A stretch of 32,000 nt of DNA from Clostridiales bacterium (GTDB lineage: Bacteria; Bacillota; Clostridia; Christensenellales; Aristaeellaceae), in assembly GCA_004556155.1 (NCBI GenBank), contig SFIM01000004.1:69856-101855 (forward strand), read 5' to 3'. The notes under the pieces are model-generated. The model had not been told where the DNA came from. It saw only the letters and a list, made by a program, of their open reading frames with translations, and searched no databases. The position numbers and the translations under genes were made by a program. Numbering within the stretch: position 1 is the stretch's first letter; each line of letters begins with the position of its first letter. Below are positions 6,973 to 15,859 of the stretch, in pieces.

Positions 6973-7662
6973 TTACCCCTGCGCCAGCTCACGCAGCAGC
7001 GCGCCGGCAGCGCTGGCCGCAGCGTCCGCCGCACTGATTTCGTGCGCGTTGGAGTTCGCCACGCCGCTCTCATCGCCCGTATCGCTCATGGCGCGGATGG
7101 CCAGGAAGGGCACGTCATTCACATAGCAGGTATAGGCCGCCGCCGCGCTCTCCATATCCACGCACAGCGGGTGCCAGGCGTCCACGATCTCCTGCCGCCC
7201 CTCCTGCGCAATGAACTGTTCGCCCGATACCATGTCGCCAAAGAATACCGGGTACAGGAAAGCCCCACGCTCATTCAATTTGTGACATACGGACAGCAGC
7301 ATTTCATCGCCCGGATAGTAGCCGTGCGCAATGCCGCCGCGATGGCGCAGCCAGGCGACGTTCACATCATGCTGCGCCAGGCGCTGGGAAAATGCCAGCG
7401 CGTGAATGCCCAGCCGCGGATCCATGCTCCCGGCCACGCCTACCATGATGATATGCGTCACCGCAAAGCGGTCGATCAGCAGCTGCGCCGTGATGCCCGC
7501 GTTTACCTTGCAGACGCCCGTCGCCGCCAGCACCACCGGCAGCCCGTTCACATCGCCCTCGATCACCGTGGTCTTGGCCACTTCGTGCCGCGCCGTTTCG
7601 CGCAGATAGGGCAGCAGCTGGTCAAACTCCGTCTTCATGGCGCAAAGCAGTCCGATTTTCAT
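6973..7662 (-). CDS. mtnN: MTA/SAH nucleosidase family protein (PNP_UDP_1 fold)
   Basis: The protein is colinear with E. coli MtnN/Pfs as I recall it: MKIGLLCAMKTE (Glu12 equivalent kept), VGVAGS, VDMESAAAA and IRAMSDTGDE (the catalytic Asp region). An AAGGAG SD is present. Confidence 0.8.
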   Translation of the reverse strand: MKIGLLCAMKTEFDQLLPYLRETARHEVAKTTVIEGDVNGLPVVLAATGVCKVNAGITAQLLIDRFAVTHIIMVGVAGSMDPRLGIHALAFSQRLAQHDVNVAWLRHRGGIAHGYYPGDEMLLSVCHKLNERGAFLYPVFFGDMVSGEQFIAQEGRQEIVDAWHPLCVDMESAAAAYTCYVNDVPFLAIRAMSDTGDESGVANSNAHEISAADAAASAAGALLRELAQG

Positions 7663-7680
7663 ACGTATTGCTCCTTTTTG

Positions 7681-8481
7681 TCAGATGCTGATGCCCGGAA
7701 GCAGCGCCACCGAGCGAATCTTTTTGCCCGCCGCCGCACGCATCAGGGCCACCTGCGCCGCATTGCGGCTGTAAATGCGGGTGGAAATCTGCGTTACCCC
7801 GCGCGGGCGCAGGATGTCGCTGGCTGCGCCGATGATGGCCTTGGCAAAGCCCTGACGGCGATAATCCGCGCGCACATACAGCGATACCAGCGTGACGTTT
7901 TGCCCCTCGCCCGTAAACAGCGCCTCGCACACGGCGTTGCCGCCGCGATAGTAGCCGATGGCCAGAAAATGCTCCATGCCCATGCAGCGGCCCAGGAATT
8001 CCGCATCCAGGGGCGTAATGCGATAGGCGTTCATGCGCTGCAAAAATGCCTGCACATCCTGCGGCGTTTTAAGCGGCACGGAGGCGTAATTGCAGTTGAC
8101 GGGCGCGCGCGCCGGCCAGCCGGGCAGGCCAAAATGGTACAGATCCTCGCTGTCGTCCATCTTAAAGCCCGCCTTGGTGTAAAAGCCATTCAGATCCCAA
8201 TCCTCCGGGGCAATCTGCGTAAACAGCCGTCCGCGCAGATTGGGCGCCTGCGCACGCAGTTGCTCCGCCCGCGCCAGCAGCGCGCCGAAAAGCAGGTTGC
8301 GCCCCGCAGGCTGCGAATCCAGCTGCATATAAATATGCAGCGGCGCTTCGGGATACATCTCAGGCTGGTAGAAAAGGGTGACGGAGCCCATGCCCATTTC
8401 GATCATCTGATCGTTGGTGACAAAGAAGCAATCTTCCGGCGCTATGCCCTGATACGGGGCGATCGGGTGTGTCAAATGCAT
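7681..8481 (-). CDS. GNAT-family N-acetyltransferase (two GNAT-like halves)
   Basis: The C-terminal half carries the acetyl-CoA motif RRQGFAKAIIGAA. The N-terminal half ends in a GNAT-like ..FYTKAGFKMD. A GAGGA SD is present. Confidence 0.7.
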   Translation of the reverse strand: MHLTHPIAPYQGIAPEDCFFVTNDQMIEMGMGSVTLFYQPEMYPEAPLHIYMQLDSQPAGRNLLFGALLARAEQLRAQAPNLRGRLFTQIAPEDWDLNGFYTKAGFKMDDSEDLYHFGLPGWPARAPVNCNYASVPLKTPQDVQAFLQRMNAYRITPLDAEFLGRCMGMEHFLAIGYYRGGNAVCEALFTGEGQNVTLVSLYVRADYRRQGFAKAIIGAASDILRPRGVTQISTRIYSRNAAQVALMRAAAGKKIRSVALLPGISI

Positions 8482-8518
8482 GCGTATTCCTCGGTTCGCT
8501 ATTAAATTTGAATTGGTA

Positions 8519-9973
8519 TTACCATTCCGCGCCCGTGCTGCGGCTGCTGGGGTTCAGGTCGTAGAGCACATGCGCCACCTCGGGCCGTTCACGGCGGATG
8601 CGGTCGGTCACGCGCTCCAGCAGGTCAAAGGGCAGCCGCGCCGCATGCGCCAGCTGTGCCGGATCGCTCGACTGCATGGCGCGCAGAGCGATGATCACGC
8701 GAGTATCCTCGCCGGGCAGCGCGCCCAGCAGGGCGAAATACTGCCACAGGCGCTTGTTCAGCCCCGCAGCGGCAATTTCCTCGGTAAAGATCAGATCAGC
8801 CGCGCGCAGCGTTTGCAGCCGCGCCGGAGTAACATCGCCCAGAATGCGCAGCGCCAGCCCGCTGCTGGGGAAGGACTGCCGCCCCAGGATCTCGGCGGGC
8901 ACGTTCAGGTATTCGCCCACGCGGCGCACCTCGTCCTTGAACAATTCCCGCAGCGGCTCAACCACCGGCAGTTCCGCATGCAGTCCAGGCTTTCTGGCAG
9001 GGTTCACGCCCCGCAGCACATCGTCGCAGGTGGTGCTGCGCAGGATCACGGCAAATTCGCCCATGCCCGCCAGCGTTTCATCCATCACGGCCTGCAACGT
9101 TTGCCCGATGGCCCGGCGCTTGTCATCCGGCTCCACCAGGCCGCTGAGCGCCTGCGTAAAGCGCTCCTGCGCCTGCACGTTTACAATGCTCAGGCCCATC
9201 TGATCATGATAGAAACGCATCACCTGCGCGGCCTCGTTTTCGCGCAGCAGGCCTGTATCCACAAAGATGCATTGCAGCCTGTCGCCCAGCGCGCGATGCG
9301 CCAGCAGGGCGGTGATGCCGCTGTTAAGCCCGCCGGTCATGGCGCATACGGCGCGGCTATCACCAACCACGCGGCGGATCTCCTCCTCCGCACGGCCCAC
9401 AAAGGCCTCATAATCCCACCAGCGGGTGCAGCCGCACACGGACAGGACAAAGTTGAGCAGCAGCCGCATGCCGTCGGTATCATTTTGCTCCAGGGTAAAC
9501 TGCACCGCGTACAGATTGCGCTCACTGAGCATATACCCCACCGTTTCGCGCTGAGACTCAGCCAATACCTGCGCGCCGGGCGGCAAACGCAAGCGGCGCA
9601 CATTGTGCAGCATGCGCTCGCAATCGTCCAGCCCCTCGGTCAGCGTGCAGCGGGCAAAAGCTACCCCGCCAATGCTGTTGCAGATGGCCGTCTCCTGCGC
9701 GTCGCCGCCCAGGGCACGGCACAGCATGGCCGCCGTATCGCCCATGGCCAGCAGGGGATACCCCTCCTGCAGCAGACCCATATCCATGCCGCCGGGCACG
9801 CCGCCCGCCACGCCGCCGGAAAGGATCACCCCCAGCGGCTGCTGGGCGCGCACCTCCTCCAGGGCGATATTGCCGGGTACAATTTTGCAATACACATGCT
9901 CTGCGCGCAGGCCGCGCGCAATCGCGCGCGTGCAAGCATCGTCAAAGTTGAGTATCAGCACCATATCGCGCAT
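8519..9973 (-). CDS. GMP synthase (GuaA) homologue with degenerate catalytic motifs; probably not a functional GMP synthase
   Basis: Colinearity with GuaA is full-length: VLILNFDD..GVILSGG, LYAVQF, CAMTGGLNSGITALLAHRALGDRLQCIFVDTGLLRENEA, VEPLRELFKDEVR, SFPSSGLALRILGDV and a C-terminal ..LYDL..TGAEW. The Cys and His of the GATase triad and the SGGxDS PP-loop are substituted (see findings). A GGAGG SD lies 8 nt upstream. Confidence 0.85.
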   Translation of the reverse strand: MRDMVLILNFDDACTRAIARGLRAEHVYCKIVPGNIALEEVRAQQPLGVILSGGVAGGVPGGMDMGLLQEGYPLLAMGDTAAMLCRALGGDAQETAICNSIGGVAFARCTLTEGLDDCERMLHNVRRLRLPPGAQVLAESQRETVGYMLSERNLYAVQFTLEQNDTDGMRLLLNFVLSVCGCTRWWDYEAFVGRAEEEIRRVVGDSRAVCAMTGGLNSGITALLAHRALGDRLQCIFVDTGLLRENEAAQVMRFYHDQMGLSIVNVQAQERFTQALSGLVEPDDKRRAIGQTLQAVMDETLAGMGEFAVILRSTTCDDVLRGVNPARKPGLHAELPVVEPLRELFKDEVRRVGEYLNVPAEILGRQSFPSSGLALRILGDVTPARLQTLRAADLIFTEEIAAAGLNKRLWQYFALLGALPGEDTRVIIALRAMQSSDPAQLAHAARLPFDLLERVTDRIRRERPEVAHVLYDLNPSSRSTGAEW

Positions 9974-9988
9974 GCGATTCCCCTCCTG

Positions 9989-10903
9989 TCACTCATCCCG
10001 CACGATAAAGTTGGCGTCGTCCTGCCAATAGGTTTCTTCATATATATGCTGCAGCGTCAGCTGGGTGTGATGATTGGCAATGCCGGTGGGCACCTTGTCA
10101 GTTGCCTGCTGAAAGGCACGCACCGCCTCCACCGTGGATGGGCCGTAGGTACCGGTAGCGTACTGCGCGTCCAGATATCCCAGATAGCACAGCATATCCT
10201 GCAATTCCTGCACCTTTTTGCCCGTGTTGCCGCTTTGCATCACGATATCCGCCAGATCGCGCACCGTGCCATAGCCCATCACGCGCCAATCGGTCAGCTG
10301 ATGGGTATTGCGCTGCACGCGGTCAGGCATGTTGCCCTCGATCACATGGGCGGTGATAACGCCCTGCGCATCCTGCGTGCAGTATTCCACCAGGGCCACA
10401 TGCGAGGTGTTGGTGCCATCCACAGAGTAAAACACCCAATCGCCCGGCTGCGGCACATAGCTGCCCGAGGCGATGGACTCCTCCTGGCCGATCAGCCACT
10501 GCGAGCCCCAGCCGTCCACAAAGCCCGTGCGGGCGATGTAGCGCCCCTCGCGGATGAACCAGTTGCGGCCGGTATTCTGACCGGAATACATGGGATAGGC
10601 ATTGCGCAGCAGGCTGAGTCCGTGCTGCTGATCCACCTGATCGACGCACCAGCACAAAAACTCCGCGCACCACTCAGCATACGGATCGCCCGACCACTCG
10701 CCATACTTGGTATAGCCGCGGCTGCCCTCCTGATATCCCAGCTCGCCCCGCGCCACATCCAGCAGCCAATGCACATACTGCGGCACCGGATAGGCAGGGT
10801 CGATCATCTGATCTTCCGCCAGAGCCAGGGGGCACAGCAGGCACGCAAGCAACGCAAACACGATCACCCGGATCGCCGCGCGCCTCCAGCGCCCTTTCCG
10901 CAT
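9989..10903 (-). CDS. Secreted CHAP-domain peptidoglycan hydrolase with a C-terminal PG_binding_1 domain
   Basis: The start is reassigned to the ATG at 10903 (AAGGAGG 10 nt upstream). There is an N-terminal signal/TM segment (RRAAIRVIVFALLACLLCPLALA). The CHAP Cys region is YAEWCAEFLCWC and the His region is TSHVALV. The PG-binding repeat reads GNTGKKVQELQDML.YLGYL..TGTYGPSTVEAVRAFQ. Confidence 0.8.
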   Translation of the reverse strand: MRKGRWRRAAIRVIVFALLACLLCPLALAEDQMIDPAYPVPQYVHWLLDVARGELGYQEGSRGYTKYGEWSGDPYAEWCAEFLCWCVDQVDQQHGLSLLRNAYPMYSGQNTGRNWFIREGRYIARTGFVDGWGSQWLIGQEESIASGSYVPQPGDWVFYSVDGTNTSHVALVEYCTQDAQGVITAHVIEGNMPDRVQRNTHQLTDWRVMGYGTVRDLADIVMQSGNTGKKVQELQDMLCYLGYLDAQYATGTYGPSTVEAVRAFQQATDKVPTGIANHHTQLTLQHIYEETYWQDDANFIVRDE

Positions 10904-10942
10904 TGCCCCATCGCCTCCTTCGCAGAATTTCAGAGATAAATC

Positions 10943-10971
10943 ATTATACAATAATTCGTCTCCGTTGGCAA
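10943..10971 (-). promoter_or_regulatory. Sigma-A-type promoter for the CHAP/GuaA-like/GNAT/mtnN operon
   Basis: On the minus strand: TTGCCA (10971-10966), 17 nt, TATAAT (10948-10943). It lies about 40 nt upstream of the start codon. Confidence 0.55.
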
Positions 10972-11038
10972 CCAAAAGCGCAGGAATGTTGAAAAGCAGC
11001 GCGGGATTTTACAATCATTTCCTATTTATAGTTTTCTT

Positions 11039-11254
11039 TTAGCTATTTACAAGGAATATCCCCCGCAGCCAGGTCAGCGCGGGCCACACAAAGGTGACGC
11101 GCTCAGTGCCGTCAGGCTTGCCCAGCATGCCAGGGCAGATCAGGCTCCACCACGCGCTCTGCCTCGCAGGCAGGGCGGTAGGCGGCAGCTCGGCCGCACA
11201 GATCAACAGGCAAAACAGCAACACGGACAGCAGCATACAGATAATGCCCTTCAT
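11039..11254 (-). CDS. Small secreted or membrane protein (71 aa), function unknown
   Basis: The internal ATG at 11254 has a GGAGGG SD about 8 nt upstream. The N-terminus MKGIICMLLSVLLFCLLICAAE looks like a signal peptide or TM segment. Confidence 0.5.
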   Translation of the reverse strand: MKGIICMLLSVLLFCLLICAAELPPTALPARQSAWWSLICPGMLGKPDGTERVTFVWPALTWLRGIFLVNS

Positions 11255-11394
11255 GGAAAAACCCTCCTTCACAATGTGACTGCATAAAACCAGTATGCGC
11301 AAAGCATCGCACGGCTATTCACAGGGGAAATAAAGACCGGATTTTATTACCCGGCAGGAAAGTTTGAACAAAATATGAATATTAAAAACACCCC

Positions 11395-11422
11395 TTGACT
11401 TTCATTTTCAAATGCCTATAAT
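11395..11422 (+). promoter_or_regulatory. Sigma-A-type promoter of the marR-ABC operon
   Basis: TTGACT (11395-11400), 16 nt, TATAAT (11417-11422). Confidence 0.6.
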
Positions 11423-11495
11423 ATGTTGCACGTCGTACAGTTTGACGGCATACATTTAAAATCAATTGTCATTTTAGCAGAAACGGAGGAGACCC

Positions 11496-11963
11496 ATGGA
11501 AAGGGCACTGGGCATCGAGCTGCGCAAGCTGTCCAACCTGACCTGCCGGTATTTTGACCAGCAGACCAACAAACGAGCGGTAGACGCCGTCACCGGCACC
11601 AACGGCTGGATTATCGGCTATATCGCGCGGCGCGAAAAGGAAGGGCGCGAGGTTTATCAGCGCGACCTGGAAACCCGCTTTGGCATCACGCGCTCCACAG
11701 CCTCCAAGGTGGTGGCGCTGATGGTGCAAAAGGGCTTAATCGAGCAGCAAAGCGTGCCGGGCGACCGGCGCGTGCGCCGTCTGACGCTAACCCCCAAGGC
11801 GGAGGAAGTTAAGCGCATGATGGATGAAGACCATGAAAAATTTGAGGCCACGCTGCGCAAGGGACTGAGCGAGGAGGAGCTCGCTACCCTCTTTTCCCTG
11901 CTGGATCGCCTGCAGGAAAATCTGCGCGGCATGGATGTAAAGGAAGGGACGGAAAAAGCATGA
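11496..11963 (+). CDS. MarR family transcriptional regulator
   Basis: A winged-HTH MarR core is present (QRDLETRFGITRSTASKVVALMVQKGLIEQQSVPGDRRVRRLTLTPKA). A GGAGGA SD is present. The stop overlaps the ATG of the ABC gene (ATGA at 11960-11963). Confidence 0.85.
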   Translation: MERALGIELRKLSNLTCRYFDQQTNKRAVDAVTGTNGWIIGYIARREKEGREVYQRDLETRFGITRSTASKVVALMVQKGLIEQQSVPGDRRVRRLTLTPKAEEVKRMMDEDHEKFEATLRKGLSEEELATLFSLLDRLQENLRGMDVKEGTEKA

Positions 11964-13711
11964 TTAAAAAGTTAGCCCGGCGTGTGCGGGAGTATAAAAA
12001 ATACGCCATCGCAACGCCGCTGTTTATGGTAGGCGAAGTAGCCATGGAAACGCTGATTCCCATGATCATGGCCTACCTGATCGATCGCGGCATCGAACAG
12101 GGAAGCATGGCTCAGATCTGGATCAACGGCGCAATTCTATTGGTTGCGGCGTTTCTGTCCATGTTCTTTGGCGTAAAGGGCGGCGAAATGGCGGCCACGG
12201 CCTCCTGCGGCTTCGCGCGCAACCTGCGCCATGATATGTATTACAGCATTCAGGATTATTCTTTCTCCAATATCGATAAGTTCAGCACCTCCTCGATCAT
12301 CACCCGTCTGACCACGGACGTGACCAACGTGCAAAACGCTTTCCAGATGATCATGCGCATGGCCGTGCGTTCGCCCATGACGCTGATCTTCTCCATGGTA
12401 ATGGCGCTGACCATCGACGCGGAGATTTCGCTGGTGTTCCTGCTGTGCCTGCCGGTGCTGGGCCTGGGCATGTATCTGATCATGAGCCGCACGCATCCCA
12501 TCTTCCGCCGCGTGTTCAAAACCTACGATTCGCTCAACAACGTGGTGCAGGAAAACCTGCGCGGCGTGCGCGTGGTGAAGAACTTTGTGCGTGAGGATCA
12601 CGAAATCCAGAAATTCGATAAGATTTCCGAGTCCATCTATCAGGATTTCACCCATGCCGAAAAGAACATGGCCTTCATGAGCCCGCTGATGATGACCTGC
12701 ATCTACGCCTGCACGCTGCTGATTTCCTGGCTGGGCGCCAAGGCGATCATCGCCTCAGGCAACAACGCGGCGGTGGGCATGACCACCGGCCAGTTGATGA
12801 GCATGATCACCTATGTAATCCAGATTCTCTCCAGCCTAATCATGCTATCCATGGTATTCGTGATGATCACCATGTCCCGTGCCTCCGCGCAGCGCATTGT
12901 GGAAGTGCTGGATGAAAAGAGCGATATCGTATCCCCCAAGGATGCGGTGAAGGCCGTGCGCGACGGCTCGGTGGATTTTGATCACGTCAGCTTCCGCTAT
13001 GCCTCCCGCAGCGAAAAGGACTGCCTGAGCGATATCGACCTGCACATCCCCTCGGGCGCAGTTGTAGGCGTGCTGGGCGGCACGGGCGCGGGCAAATCCA
13101 CGCTTGTGCAGCTGATCCCCCGCCTGTATGATCCCAGCCAGGGCGCTGTGCGCGTGGGCGGTGTGGATACCCGCAAGTACGATCTGACCACCCTGCGTGA
13201 CAGCGTGGCCATGGTGCTGCAAAAGAACGAGCTGTTCTCGGGCACTATCAAGGATAACCTGCGCTGGGGCAACGAGCACGCCACGGACGCGGAAATCATG
13301 GAGGCCTGCCGCCTGGCTCAGGCCGATCCCTTCATTCAGGATTTCCCCGATAAGTACGATACCTGGATCGAGCAGGGCGGCACCAACGTATCCGGCGGCC
13401 AGAAGCAGCGCCTGTGCATTGCCCGCGCGCTGCTGAAAAAGCCCAAGATCCTGATTCTGGACGACTCCACCAGCGCCGTGGATACTCGCACGGACGCGCT
13501 GATCCGTGAGGGCTTCCGCTCCTATATTCCCGATACCACCAAGATTATCATCGCCCAGCGCGTCGCCTCCGTACAGGATGCGGATATGATCGTCGTGCTG
13601 GATAACGGGCGCATTGCCGACTGCGGTACGCACGAGGAGCTGCTTGCCCGGTGCGAAATCTACCGCGAGGTATACCAGTCCCAGACCAAGGGAGGCGAAG
13701 ACAATGAGTAA
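11960..13711 (+). CDS. ABC exporter, fused permease/ATPase subunit A of a heterodimer
   Basis: There is a six-TM N-terminal half. Walker A is GGTGAGKST and the signature is VSGGQKQRL. Walker B reads ILILDD, with Asp in place of the catalytic Glu (13460-13465). Confidence 0.9.
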   Translation: MIKKLARRVREYKKYAIATPLFMVGEVAMETLIPMIMAYLIDRGIEQGSMAQIWINGAILLVAAFLSMFFGVKGGEMAATASCGFARNLRHDMYYSIQDYSFSNIDKFSTSSIITRLTTDVTNVQNAFQMIMRMAVRSPMTLIFSMVMALTIDAEISLVFLLCLPVLGLGMYLIMSRTHPIFRRVFKTYDSLNNVVQENLRGVRVVKNFVREDHEIQKFDKISESIYQDFTHAEKNMAFMSPLMMTCIYACTLLISWLGAKAIIASGNNAAVGMTTGQLMSMITYVIQILSSLIMLSMVFVMITMSRASAQRIVEVLDEKSDIVSPKDAVKAVRDGSVDFDHVSFRYASRSEKDCLSDIDLHIPSGAVVGVLGGTGAGKSTLVQLIPRLYDPSQGAVRVGGVDTRKYDLTTLRDSVAMVLQKNELFSGTIKDNLRWGNEHATDAEIMEACRLAQADPFIQDFPDKYDTWIEQGGTNVSGGQKQRLCIARALLKKPKILILDDSTSAVDTRTDALIREGFRSYIPDTTKIIIAQRVASVQDADMIVVLDNGRIADCGTHEELLARCEIYREVYQSQTKGGEDNE

Positions 13712-15674
13712 CGCGCCCAAGAAACCCCAGGGCGGCATGCCCATGGGCGGCCCGCACGGGCCGCGCGGCATGGGGCCCCGCCAGCCCATCAACAAAAAAG
13801 TGCTGCTGCGCGTGCTAAGCTATCTGAAGCCCTATTGGCCGCGCCTGCTGGTTGTGTTCTTCTGCATCGTGCTGGATGCGATCGCCACAGCCTCGGCCGC
13901 CACGTTCCTTGGCACGCTGATTGACGATTACATTGTGCCTCTGCTGGCCGATGCTGCCAGCGGCATCGCGCCCGTATACACGGGCCTGCTGACCGCCATC
14001 CTCAAGATGGCCGGGCTGTACCTGCTGGCCGTGGTGGCGGTGTTCCTGCAAAGCCGCATCATGGCGATCATATCGCACAGCATCCTCAAGAATGTGCGCA
14101 ACGAGATGTTTGCGCACATGCAGCTGCTGCCCATCCGCTATTTCGATACCCACACCCACGGCGAAGTGATGAGCTTCTACACCAACGATACCGACACGCT
14201 GCGCCAACTGATCAGCCAGACGCTGCCCAATGTGTTCTCCTCGGCCATTTCGCTGCTGGTGGTGTTCATCTCCATGCTCAATTGCAGCGTGTGGCTTACG
14301 CTGGTGGTGGTGCTGTGCACCCTCGCCATGCTGAAAGTGACCGGCAAGCTGGGCGCAAAGAGCGGCACCTTCTTTGTCAAGCAGCAAACCTCCCTGGCCA
14401 GCCTGAACGGCTATATCGAAGAAATGATCAATGGCCAGAAGGTCGTCAAGGTGTTCAACCACGAGGAAATCGCCAAGGGCGAGTTTGACCACCGCAACGA
14501 CGATCTGTGCGAAAACGCCACCAGCGCCAACCGCTTTGCCAACGTGATGGGCCCGGTAAGCAACAACATGGGCCATATCCAGTACGTTATTCTGGCTATT
14601 ATCGGCGGCGCGATGGCCATCGTTGGCATCACCAATCTGAGCCTGACGGGCGGCTTCGGCACGCTGACGCTGGGCGCGATCACCGCCTTCCTGACCCTGT
14701 CGCGCAACTTCATGCGTCCCATCAGCCAGGTGATGCAGCAGGTCAACTTCATCGCCATGGCCATGGCCGGCGCGGAGCGTATCTTCAGCCTGCTGGATGA
14801 AACACCCGAAGCCGACGAGGGCTATGTCACCCTGGTCAACGCCCGCGAGGAAAACGGCAAGCTGGTGGAAAGCGACAAGCGCACGGGCATTTGGGCCTGG
14901 AAGCATCCGCATCAGGACGGCAGCGTCACCTATACCCGCCTGACCGGCAATGTGGAAATGACCGACGTTGACTTTGCCTATGAAGAGGGCAAGCCCGTGC
15001 TGCATGATATCACCCTGTACGCCAAGCCCGGCCAGAAGGTGGCCTTCGTGGGCGCTACGGGCGCGGGCAAAACTACGATCACCAACCTGATTAACCGCTT
15101 CTATGATATCGCCGACGGCAAGGTTCGCTACGACGGCATCAACATCAACAAGATTCGTAAGTCCGATCTGCGCCGCTCCCTGGGCGTGGTGCTGCAGGAG
15201 GTCAACCTGTTCACCGGCACGGTGATGGATAACATCCGCTACGGCAAGCTGGACGCGACGGACGAGGAATGCATTGCCGCAGCCAAGCTGGCCAACGCGC
15301 ATGATTTCATCACCCGCCTGCCCGACGGCTACAATACCATGCTGACCGGCGATGGCGGCGGCCTGAGCCAGGGTCAGCGCCAGCTGATCTCCATCGCCCG
15401 CGCGGCGGTGGCCGATCCGCCGGTAATGATCCTGGACGAAGCCACCTCCTCCATCGATACCCGTACCGAGGCGCTTGTGCAGCGCGGTATGGATCAGCTG
15501 ATGAAGGGGCGCACGGTGTTTGTTATCGCGCACCGCCTGTCCACCGTGCAGAACGCCGATGTAATCATGGTGCTGGATCATGGCCGCATCATTGAGCGCG
15601 GCACCCATGAGCAGCTGATCGCCCAGCACGGGCAGTATTACCAGCTGTATACCGGCGCGTTCGAGCTGGAGTAA
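13704..15674 (+). CDS. ABC exporter, fused permease/ATPase subunit B of a heterodimer
   Basis: The start is reassigned to the ATG at 13704 (GGAGG SD; it overlaps the upstream stop). There is a Gly/Pro-rich N-terminal tail. Walker A is GATGAGKTT, Walker B is MILDE (15435-15440), and the signature is degenerate, LSQGQ (15363-15377). Confidence 0.9.
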   Translation: MSNAPKKPQGGMPMGGPHGPRGMGPRQPINKKVLLRVLSYLKPYWPRLLVVFFCIVLDAIATASAATFLGTLIDDYIVPLLADAASGIAPVYTGLLTAILKMAGLYLLAVVAVFLQSRIMAIISHSILKNVRNEMFAHMQLLPIRYFDTHTHGEVMSFYTNDTDTLRQLISQTLPNVFSSAISLLVVFISMLNCSVWLTLVVVLCTLAMLKVTGKLGAKSGTFFVKQQTSLASLNGYIEEMINGQKVVKVFNHEEIAKGEFDHRNDDLCENATSANRFANVMGPVSNNMGHIQYVILAIIGGAMAIVGITNLSLTGGFGTLTLGAITAFLTLSRNFMRPISQVMQQVNFIAMAMAGAERIFSLLDETPEADEGYVTLVNAREENGKLVESDKRTGIWAWKHPHQDGSVTYTRLTGNVEMTDVDFAYEEGKPVLHDITLYAKPGQKVAFVGATGAGKTTITNLINRFYDIADGKVRYDGININKIRKSDLRRSLGVVLQEVNLFTGTVMDNIRYGKLDATDEECIAAAKLANAHDFITRLPDGYNTMLTGDGGGLSQGQRQLISIARAAVADPPVMILDEATSSIDTRTEALVQRGMDQLMKGRTVFVIAHRLSTVQNADVIMVLDHGRIIERGTHEQLIAQHGQYYQLYTGAFELE

Positions 15675-15700
15675 AACAAATAGCTATCTGTTATCTGCAA

Positions 15701-15737
15701 AGCCTGGGCTGGACGTCAAGCCATCCCAGGCTTTTTT
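15701..15737 (+). terminator. Intrinsic terminator of the ABC operon
   Basis: AGCCTGGG...CCCAGGCT forms an 8-bp stem (15701-15708 with 15725-15732), followed by tttttt. Confidence 0.8.
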
Positions 15738-15824
15738 CATGCTCCAATCTGCCAAATTTTCAGTACATTCCTGCGCGATCCGCCGAAAATGGCAGCAGCG
15801 TATTACCCTATGAATTAAAAATAT

Positions 15825-15833
15825 GGTATAATT
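15825..15833 (+). promoter_or_regulatory. Extended -10 promoter element upstream of the CarD-like gene
   Basis: TGgTATAAT lies about 27 nt upstream of the TTG start. The -35 is weak. Confidence 0.45.
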
Positions 15834-15859
15834 TTATATATATAAGGAGGTGTATCTCA

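Noticed and set aside
7042-10939. 487-aa and 819-aa + strand ORFs (7042..8505 and 8480..10939) covering the mtnN/GNAT/GuaA-like/CHAP operon
   Set aside because: They are antisense to four genes that have SD sites and family motifs. The products are R/A/H/Q-rich without motifs, so they are shadow ORFs.
12845-15629. 316-aa and 604-aa minus-strand ORFs inside the ABC transporter genes
   Set aside because: They are antisense to ABC genes with canonical Walker and signature motifs, so they are shadow ORFs.
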